From the NCBI GenBank assembly GCA_963713825.1, contig CAVQNG010000005.1:96001-160000 (forward strand): a stretch of 64,000 nucleotides of DNA, read 5' to 3'. The stretch's first letter is position 1, and the number at the start of each line of letters is the position of its first letter. Source of the DNA: an uncultured Acidobacteriota bacterium (GTDB taxonomy: Bacteria > Acidobacteriota > Thermoanaerobaculia > Multivoradales > JAHEKO01). The position numbers were made by a program, and so were the translations under genes. The notes under the pieces are model-generated. The model made no database searches and was not told the origin of the DNA. It saw only the letters and a list, made by a program, of their open reading frames with translations. This document shows positions 9,976-18,087 of this stretch, piece after piece.

Positions 9976-10260
9976 ATGGCGCACATCATCGTCTGGCATC
10001 AGGTCGAGGATTTCGACACCTGGAAGAGCAAGTTCGACGAGCACGGACCGACTCGCGCTGAGTTGGGCAGTTTGGGCGGCAAGGTCTACCGCAGCTCGGA
10101 CAACTCCCAGGAGGTGGTCCTGGTTCTCGAGTGGGACACCGAGGACAACGCTCGGACTTTCATCGCATCCCAAGACCTGGCTGCCGTGATGGCCGAAGCC
10201 GGAGTGACCGGCCAGCCCATGGTCGCCTTCCTCAATGATGGCGAGGCCGTTCCGGCCTGA
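9976..10260 (+). CDS. Small dimeric alpha+beta barrel protein (cyclase/ABM-like)
   Basis: HQVEDFDTWKSKFD..R...G...VYRSSDN..EVVLVLEW..AGVTGQP; AGGAG RBS. Confidence 0.75.
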   Translation: MAHIIVWHQVEDFDTWKSKFDEHGPTRAELGSLGGKVYRSSDNSQEVVLVLEWDTEDNARTFIASQDLAAVMAEAGVTGQPMVAFLNDGEAVPA

Positions 10261-10264
10261 CGCG

Positions 10265-10369
10265 ATGATTGGCACGACTCTTTCTCATTTCAAGATCACC
10301 GCCAAGCTGGGTGAAGGCGGCATGGAACTGCTCGAGCGAGCGGCTAGCCGGACGGACGCACCTTGCTGA
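10265..10369 (+). pseudogene. Kinase N-terminal stub 1 ([20 protein letters not shown]|ELLERAASRTDAPC)
   Basis: The first 20 codons are nearly identical to the starts of kinases 11551 and 18088, then homology is lost. Confidence 0.85.
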
Positions 10370-11425
10370 CCATGGATAACGGTTCGCCCTCATTGACCGG
10401 TGGAGTCGAGACCACATAGTTCACGACGCCGGCGAAAGGTGCGGTGATGGGCTGGATGGGGTCACCGAAAAAGTCGCTCAGGGTGCCCAGAAGACCGTCC
10501 TTTTCGACGAAGTAGCCTTCTTTGACCGCTGGTTGGAACATACCTGCAGCCGGGCTGCGAACCACCTGTCCCTCTTCTAGCCACACCACGGCCGGTGCCC
10601 GAATTGGCTCACCCTCGAGCATTCCGAGATGGCGGAGGAGGTTCCAGACCCCTTCTCGGCGAGACTCACTAGTTGATGAGAGGTGGAACCGAGCGAACCG
10701 GTCTCGGTAGTGATTGCCGCTTTGCCCCTCCCCAGTGCTGCCCACTCTGTGTAGACATGGGCCGATGTGTCTTTCGTCCAACCCCCTTGAACCACAATCG
10801 TGTCGAGACCAAAGGCCAATCCCAGGGCCTTCGAGCGCTCGTCCAGGTCGGCGTCCCCTGTTACGGTCAAGTAGAGATAGGGCCTCAGCGCTTCGTTCCC
10901 ATCGCCACCATGCATGTCGACCACGTAGTCGGCCAACTCGATGACCTGCTTGTGCAGAACGTCGGCGATCCTGTCACTGACTGTGCCATTCGGATCTCCC
11001 GGGTAGACCCGATTGAGGTTCTTGCCGTCGATAGGGCTGTAGTAGATCGTCCGACCGAGAAACGAAGGCAGGTTGGCGACATGGATCAGGATCAGGGTCC
11101 CGGCAAGCTCAGCCGCACTCAGGTCTCGGCGGATCCGCTGCAGAGCCAGGATCGGCGGGTATTCGTAGCCATGGGTGCCGGCAATGAGCGCCAGCACCGG
11201 CCCCGCTGATGTGCCATGGACGACGGTGATCGGGATGCGTGTTCCCTCATCGCTTCCAGCCGGCACTTCGAGGTAACCGGACACCGTCTCTCCTGGTGGC
11301 GCCAAGATCGACCCAACTGTGAGCTCTTCTGGCTCTCCTGCCATTGCCAGGCCAGTCAGCATGCCGCCGATCAGGGGCAGGATAGCGATCCATCGAGTCC
11401 TGGAAAGTCGCCGAGCTGTGCTCAT
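10344..11425 (-). CDS. Succinylglutamate desuccinylase/aspartoacylase (M14-like) family, secreted; frameshift in a G4 run at 10649-10652
   Basis: AGTHGYE, NLNRVYPG, VDMHGG and TTETG motifs. One extra G restores AEKGVWNLLRHLGML into ORF 10344-10781. Confidence 0.85.
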
Positions 11426-11550
11426 CTCTCCTCCTTGTCGCGGTTGTTCGACGACGATACCGCATTGGTTGCGGCGACAGGCTGTGGGTCGAATAGAATA
11501 GGCCGGCATTTCCGCCACCGAAGCATCCGGTTGTCATGGAGCAGATCAGC

Positions 11551-14312
11551 ATGATCGGCACAACACTCTCTCACTTCAAGATCACCTCCAAGCTCGGCGA
11601 AGGAGGCATGGGTGCAGTGTACGAGGCCTGGGACGAGAGTCTCGAGCGCTCCGTGGCGCTCAAGATCCTGCCGCCGGAAGTCGTCCGCGATCCTGATCGA
11701 GTGCGGCGCTTCGTCCAGGAGGCGAAGTCGGCTTCGGCGCTCAGCCACCCCCACATCGTCACCATCTACGAGATCGGCGAGGCCACGCCTGAGCCCGCTG
11801 AGGGTGAATCCCCAGGACCCAGGACCCAGGACCCAGGACCTTTCTCCATTTCATCGCCATGGAGCGCATCGATGGCTCCACCTTGAAGACCAAGATCCAC
11901 GAAGAGCAGGCCTCTGCGAAGGACCTGCTTCGATGGTTGGGACAGGCGGCAGAAGGGCTCGCCAAGGCCCACGCCGAGGGCATCGTCCACCGTGACCTCA
12001 AGCCGGACAACATCATGGTCACCCGCGACGGCTACACCAAGGTGCTGGACTTCGGGTTGGCCAAGCTGACCGAGCCGTTGACCGAGGTTAGCGACACCCA
12101 TGTGCCGACGATGGCCGGAGAGCATACGGCCGAAGGCGCCGTGATGGGGACAGTGGGCTATATGTCCCCCGAGCAGGTACAGGGCAAGAGGGTCGACTAC
12201 CGAACCGACATCTTCTCGTTCGGTTGCCTGCTCTACGAGGCCATGACCAGGAAGCGGCCGTTCGAGGGCGAGACGGCCGTCGACACCATGCATCAGATCC
12301 TGCGGGCTTCGCCGGCCTCACTGCGGGAGGTGAGTCCGGAGACACCGGCGGCCGTGCGGCGCGTCATTCGTCGCTGTCTAGCCAAAGATCCCGAACGGCG
12401 GTATCAATCAATGAAGGATCTCGGCCTGGGGTTGGCGGACCTGGTCGACGAGTGGGATGAGTTGGCGTCGAGGACCGATTCGGTCTCCTCAAGTGCCAGT
12501 GGTTCGCTCGCACCGATCTCGGCGCCCCCTGATCGCAAGCGTTGGCTCGGTCTGGCCGCTGCTCTCACCATCGGCGCCGTGCTCGCGTTTGCTGTTCTCC
12601 AGCTCGTACGTGGTTCGAATCCGCCACCTGTAGCTTCTGTCCAGCCGATCGCGAGCTTCTCGCGAGTCACCCAACAGCCAGGTGTCGAGCGCGAGCCGGG
12701 CCTCTCTTCGGATGGCCGCTACGCGGCCTACGTCAGCGATGCGGAGGGGGAGGACGACATCTACCTCCTACGCGTCGGGGGGCGGAACCCGGTGAACTTG
12801 ACCGAGGGCTCTGGCGCCAACAACGGGGCACCGGCCTTCTCACCCAATGGCGAGCAGATCGCTTTCCACTCGGACCGCGACGGTGGTGGGGTCTTCGTCA
12901 TGGGGGCGACCGGCGAGTCGGTTCGCCGATTGACGGACAATGGTTTCAACCCAACCTGGTCGCCAGACGGACAGAGAATCGCCTTTGCTACTGAGAGGCA
13001 CTCGGATCCCTATGGGAGAACCGCGAAGAGTGAGCTATGGGTAGTGGAGCTGACTGGCGGTGAGCCAAAGAGGATCTCAGAGGGTGACGCAATGCAGCCG
13101 GCCTGGTCGCCAGACGGACAGGCGATCGCCTTCTGGGGGATTCGAGAGTTCGACGGCGGGGGAGCTCAGCGTGAGATCGGGATCGTCAGTGCCGAGGGCG
13201 GGGAGCCAACATGGATCACCGAGGACCTGGCCGTCGACTGGAGTCCAGTGTGGTCCCCCGAGAGTGAGTCTCTCTACTACATCAGCGACCGAGGTGGCAG
13301 CGCCAACATCTGGCGAATCGATGTGTATCCAGCTTCCGGTGAAGCTACGAGCCAGCCCAGGCCGTTGACGGCACCTTCCCGATTGGTGAGCCGGATCGCC
13401 ATTTCTGGCGACGGCAATCAGCTCGTCTTCACCGATGAGAACGTCTCCTCGAATGTCGCTCTCGTTGAGCTCGATTCCGCCAGCGGTGCCGGATTGCCGG
13501 TGGCAGTAACACGCGGCAGCAGCGAGTTCGTTCAGGCTCAGGCTTCGCCCGATGGCGAGTGGGTGGCATTTCGCTCGGCAGGCAGCCAGGAGGATCTCTA
13601 CGTCGTTCGTGCCGATGGTAGCGACCTGCTGCAGCTGACCGACGACTCCGCCAAGGACCGGCGACCCAGCTGGTCGCCTGTTGGTGGGCAGATCCTCTTC
13701 TACTCCGACCGCAGTGGGCGCTACGAGTTCTGGGCCATGAACCGCGATGGCTCGGGGCTCGAGCAGTTGACCGCAGGCGAAGGCGATTCATTCTTCTATC
13801 CGAAATGGTCGCCGGATGGAGGGAAGATCAGCGCCACGACCTCGAGCGCGAGTGCTATCTGGGATCTGAGTCTGGCGAAACCAGCTCGTGACTACGAGCT
13901 CTTGCCTCCGATCGACAAGGACGGAAGATATCTGTTCGATCCCGAGTGGTCTCCCGATGGCACGCGACTCGCCGGTGTTGTCCTGCGGGCCAATCAGGCA
14001 CCGAGTGGAAATGAGGGCATCGCGATCTACTCGTTGGATTCGGGAGAGTACGAGGTCATCTACGAGCCATTGGAGGGAATCGAAGTCCAGGGAGCCTTCT
14101 GGAGAAGGGATGGTCTCGGTCTGTTCCTCGAGCTCAGAAGGTCGGATGACTCCGGCTTGCTGGCCATTCTGGATCTGCAGAGCGGAGGCGTCGAAGAGCT
14201 ATGGACTGCTCCCGAGGGAGCCTTCGACTTTCGGCCTTCTGCGGACGGCAAGACCGTGTACTTCATTCAAGGAGTCGAAGAAACGGACCTCTGGCTCGCC
14301 ACGTTCGAATAG
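11551..14312 (+). CDS. Ser/Thr protein kinase, TM, PD40/TolB-like propeller; frameshifted inside a (CCCAGGA)4 tract
   Basis: Subdomains I-IV are in ORF 11536-11886. [17 protein letters not shown] and WSPDG repeats are in ORF 11859-14312. Confidence 0.88.
11811..11840 (+). repeat. Heptamer tandem repeat (CCCAGGA)x4 + CC
   Basis: Read directly: cccaggacccaggacccaggacccaggacc. Confidence 0.95.
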
Positions 14313-14429
14313 GGACCAGGCCCCAGCGAGACACCGCACCATAGTTTCGGTACAATCACGCTCCCCGAGCCTGAAGAGTTGAATTTTCCGGGCTCGAATC
14401 TCACTAACCATCGAAGGGAGAATCACCGT

Positions 14430-14915
14430 ATGAAGAAGCTTGCATTCTGGGCTCTCGCCCTGACAGTAGTCCTCGTCGCTTTTCCGGCCATGGCTCAGGA
14501 AGACCAGATGACCGAGGAAGAGATCATCGAGTTGGTCCGCAGCAACATCCAGAAGGACAAGGTCGCCATCATCGGTGCGGCGATGGACTTCAGTGCCGAC
14601 GAGGCCGGCAAATTCTGGCCGATCTACAAAGGCTACGAGACCGAACTGACCAACGTCAGCAACCAGCGGGTTGCCCTGATCAAGGATTTCGCGGCCAACT
14701 TCGAGACGATGACGGATGCCAAGGCCAAAGAGCTCGGGGAGACGGCGATGGGCATCGAGAAGCAGCGCATGAAGCTCAAGCACGCCTGCTTCGAGAAGCT
14801 CGCCTCCGAGATGTCTCCGGTTATTGCGACCCGATTCCTCCAGGTCGAGAACCAGCTCAACATGCTGCTCGACCTGCAGCTCGCTCAGCAGCTGCCGCTG
14901 ATCGAAAAGCCGTAG
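14430..14915 (+). CDS. Secreted alpha-helical hypothetical protein
   Basis: Signal peptide MKKLAFWALALTVVLVAFPAMA, GGGAG RBS, FWPIY motif, GC3-rich codons. Confidence 0.8.
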   Translation: MKKLAFWALALTVVLVAFPAMAQEDQMTEEEIIELVRSNIQKDKVAIIGAAMDFSADEAGKFWPIYKGYETELTNVSNQRVALIKDFAANFETMTDAKAKELGETAMGIEKQRMKLKHACFEKLASEMSPVIATRFLQVENQLNMLLDLQLAQQLPLIEKP

Positions 14916-14939
14916 CAGCCCCTGAGTAGGAAGTTCCTG

Positions 14940-14973
14940 GGACACCCGGCCTTGGAGGCTGGGTGTCCTTTTT
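14940..14973 (+). terminator. Rho-independent terminator
   Basis: GGACACCCGGCC-TTGGA-GGCTGGGTGTCC followed by TTTTT, 24 nt after the stop. Confidence 0.8.
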
Positions 14974-15047
14974 CCTGCCGGTAGAATTGGCTTGACCGAA
15001 ACGACGTCTGCAAGCGGTTTGCGGACGCCTTCAAAGGAATCGGGGAG

Positions 15048-16283
15048 ATGTTCCAACAGAAGTCGAAGCGATATCTCGCAGGCGTATTGCTGCTGTTTTT
15101 CGTAGCTGCCACCCCCTCGTTTTCTCAAGAGACCACCGACTCTGCTGATGAGCCGGAGCACTGGGCAGGAGTCGAGCTGGTCGAGGCAGTCTCGCAGACC
15201 ACGGGGATCGCCATCTCGCCGCTGTTCGGCGTCGGCGCTCTGGGAGCCTGGACCTGGTTTCAGACTCCCAGTGCGCAAAGAGATGCGCTGCCGTGGTTCG
15301 CTCAGGAGTGGTTCTGGCTGCCGGCGCTCCTCCTCGTGCTGCTGCTCGTGGCCAAAGACCCCCTGCTCGGCTGGATTCCAATCATCAAGAAGCCGCTGGA
15401 CGCCCTGGATGTTGTGGAGGACAAGTTCAGCGCGGTGCTCGCCAGCGCCGTGGTGATCCCGATGTTGATCTCGGTGTTCTCGAGTGCTGTGCCTTCGGAG
15501 ACGGCCTCCGCGACTGCCGCATCTCCGTTCCTGCTGGCGATCACGATGCCAGCGTTTCTCTCCGGAGCGCTGGGTAAGGCAATTATCGTTTTCGCCGTGA
15601 TCGGCATGATGGCGGCGTTCTTCGTCACCTGGTTGGCGTCTCACACCATCAATGTGCTGATTCTCCTGAGTCCCTTCGGACCCCTCGACATGGTGCTGCG
15701 CGCCATCAAGGGCCTGGTGCTCGGGACTCTGGTTATCGCCACGATGATCGCCCCTGTTCTGGGCCTGATCGTCTCGGTGGTGATCATCCTGTTCGCCTGG
15801 AGAGTTTCCGGTTGGACGTTTCGCTTCACGGTCTTCGGCTCGATCTTCGGCTGGGACATCCTGATGCTGGCTCACCGGCGATTCGATGCGGGCGCCGAGG
15901 CGATCAAGGCCTTCAGCGGTCGGGGTCTGGGTGATCTGCCACCGCGCACCTACGGCGAGCTGCGATCGGACGGCCAGGGTGGGCAGGTCTTCGGCTATCA
16001 CCCTTGGCTGCTGTTCCCCGAGAGACGGTACCAGGTGCCAGTTGGAGACAAAGTCGTCGGCAAGGGACTGCTGGCCCCGGTCCTGGTCGCGGCCAGAGCG
16101 GAGGAGAGCCAGGGTCAGATCGATGTGCGCTTTCCACCCCGCTGTCTGGGTCATGAAGAAACGCTCGCCGAGAGGCTCGGCGCCAAGGAGGTCCGCCTCC
16201 TCGGTGTTCGCCGAAGCTTCAGCACTCTCAGGCGTTGGTTACGCGAGATCGTGAGCGGTAACGGTGAGCCGGCCACCGGGTAA
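15048..16283 (+). CDS. Multi-pass membrane protein, DUF4126-like N-terminal part
   Basis: Signal peptide, several TMs, TGIAISPLFG and HTINVLILLSPF, soluble C-terminal domain. Confidence 0.7.
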   Translation: MFQQKSKRYLAGVLLLFFVAATPSFSQETTDSADEPEHWAGVELVEAVSQTTGIAISPLFGVGALGAWTWFQTPSAQRDALPWFAQEWFWLPALLLVLLLVAKDPLLGWIPIIKKPLDALDVVEDKFSAVLASAVVIPMLISVFSSAVPSETASATAASPFLLAITMPAFLSGALGKAIIVFAVIGMMAAFFVTWLASHTINVLILLSPFGPLDMVLRAIKGLVLGTLVIATMIAPVLGLIVSVVIILFAWRVSGWTFRFTVFGSIFGWDILMLAHRRFDAGAEAIKAFSGRGLGDLPPRTYGELRSDGQGGQVFGYHPWLLFPERRYQVPVGDKVVGKGLLAPVLVAARAEESQGQIDVRFPPRCLGHEETLAERLGAKEVRLLGVRRSFSTLRRWLREIVSGNGEPATG

Positions 16284-16315
16284 ATCCCGGTCAGCCGGCT
16301 CCTGCGCGGCCAGGA

Positions 16316-16680
16316 TCATGGGATCAGACCGGCCGGCACGCCGTTCGGGTAGATCTCATCGATGGACTCTTCGATGATCGCGATCCTGTTCCCGGTGCTG
16401 GGGTGCGTGCTCATGAACTCCGATCATGGCGCGGGGGTCGTAGCCGGCGTCGGACATGAGCTTGACCCCCAGCTCATCGGATTGGAGCTCGTCCTCTCGC
16501 CCGTACCGATGACGATCGAGGCGAGCAGCCGGATCGACACCCAGGCGTTGCCCCGTAGAGGACTGGTGTCAGCAGAAGATTGACGACCAGAAACGCGGTG
16601 CCTCCGATCAATCCTGCCCAGATCGCCGCGCTCCAGTCGACGAGCTGACGCCTGCGCGGGCTGGTCTCTCCCTGGCTCAT
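16316..16680 (-). pseudogene. Chimeric remnant: membrane-protein N-terminus joined to two C-terminal fragments of an M48 metallopeptidase
   Basis: MSQGE..DWSAAIWAGLIGG..GNAWVSIRLLASIVIG | YGREDELQSDELGVKLMSDAGYDPRAMI | EFMSTHPSTGNRIAIIEESIDEIYPNGVPAGLIP*, with frame changes at the junctions. Confidence 0.75.
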
Positions 16681-16933
16681 GATGTCTCCTCCTTGCCTGT
16701 AGACCCCGATCTTATCGATCGGTGCGGGCCTCTCCACAGCGCCGTCGCAACGGCACCTCCAAGCACGAGCGAAGCTGAAGCCCCCAGAGATTCCTGCGCA
16801 CCATGCGGAGATTCAACTCACCCTCACACACCACATCGACGGACCCACCAGGGCTACCACCAGTCCTACCACTGTCCACAACAGGTCCAACAGCCTGTCG
16901 GGCTCACGTAGGCAATCGACGGGATAGCGACGG

Positions 16934-18025
16934 CTATTGCCCCGGTTCTTTCTCGCTGTCGCTGAATCGAAGGCCGACCCAGGCACCGGGTGGTACCAGA
17001 TCGTTCTTCAGGAGCCATGCCACCAGCTCACCGGTCACCTGATCGTGAAACTCGGGGCGATTGATGATGACGTGGCCGGCCTCGATCCAGCGAATCGTCT
17101 TCGGCTCTCGAGCGGCCTCGTGCAGCAGGCGGACATTGGCCACCGGAAATCCAAGATCCTCGGTGCCGTTGAGAAAGAAGATCGGGCGCGGCGAAACCTC
17201 GCCGATGTAGCGCAGTGGCTCGACTGGCGCCGTGATGACCTTGCCCAGCCATGCTGCCGGAATCGTCATCCATGCGGGTCGGTCGAGATTGGTTCGGATG
17301 AGCGACTGGATGTCGCCACCCCCGAAGAGGACCACCAGGGCATCGATCCGGGGGTCGGTGGCCGCGACGGCAGGCGAGAGAATTGCGCCGACACTGCCGC
17401 TGGCCAGGATGATCCGATCTGGATCGACGTCGGGTCTCGACAGCAGATAGTCCAGCGCCAGCTGCGAAGCAGGCACCGTGTGGATTACGGCGCGTCGCAT
17501 TCTGGGCAGAGAGGTCAGAAACTCCAGGGTGCTCAGCCCAGATCTCTTGCCTTCGTAAGGGTAGTCGAGGGCGAAGAGCACCACGCCGTGGGTATCGGCG
17601 AGATAGTCGATGGTCCGTCGACCGGTTCGCACTCCGCCCAGAATCAAGAGAGCCGGATGTCGCTTGTTGGAGTCTTCGGGTACTCTCAGGTGCCCGATGA
17701 GCGAAAGGTCACGATCGTCCCGCAGATGGACCTCGAAGATCTCGTGTTGCTCGATGGTCTTCAGGTGCCTCACTTCTACCTTTTCCAGGGTGCCGCGCAA
17801 GCCCTCGAAGTCGCCGCTGAAGTCCCTCAGGCAATAAACCTCACCTGCCCAGTAGATGGCGAAGAGAAGCAGGAACAGGGCGCTCAGCAGTAGCAATGCC
17901 GAACGTCGTCTTCTGAGTGACCGATCTGAGCTCGATTCGGTTTCCACGGCAGCCTCCGCCCTCCCTGAGGATAGCCAGCAAAGACTTCCGAGGCCAGGCG
18001 CCTGGGTGTAGTACGATTTCGCCAC
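16934..18025 (-). CDS. Membrane-anchored alpha/beta hydrolase (start uncertain)
   Basis: N-terminal TM, RPDVDPDRIILASGSVGA nucleophile elbow, GTED (Asp), EAGH (His). Confidence 0.8.
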   Translation of the reverse strand: MAKSYYTQAPGLGSLCWLSSGRAEAAVETESSSDRSLRRRRSALLLLSALFLLLFAIYWAGEVYCLRDFSGDFEGLRGTLEKVEVRHLKTIEQHEIFEVHLRDDRDLSLIGHLRVPEDSNKRHPALLILGGVRTGRRTIDYLADTHGVVLFALDYPYEGKRSGLSTLEFLTSLPRMRRAVIHTVPASQLALDYLLSRPDVDPDRIILASGSVGAILSPAVAATDPRIDALVVLFGGGDIQSLIRTNLDRPAWMTIPAAWLGKVITAPVEPLRYIGEVSPRPIFFLNGTEDLGFPVANVRLLHEAAREPKTIRWIEAGHVIINRPEFHDQVTGELVAWLLKNDLVPPGAWVGLRFSDSEKEPGQ

Positions 18026-18087
18026 GTTTCTTGGTATCGGAGGTTGGCCGTTCGCCCGCTTGCCGGCGGTGCTGAAAGGGACCCATC

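Noticed and set aside
14199-16154. 651-aa minus-strand ORF
   Set aside because: Antisense shadow of two well-formed plus-strand genes and a terminator; no recognisable motifs.
16690-16930. AC-rich stretch with short hydrophobic reading frames
   Set aside because: No continuous ORF or clear repeat unit; possibly more debris of the decayed operon.
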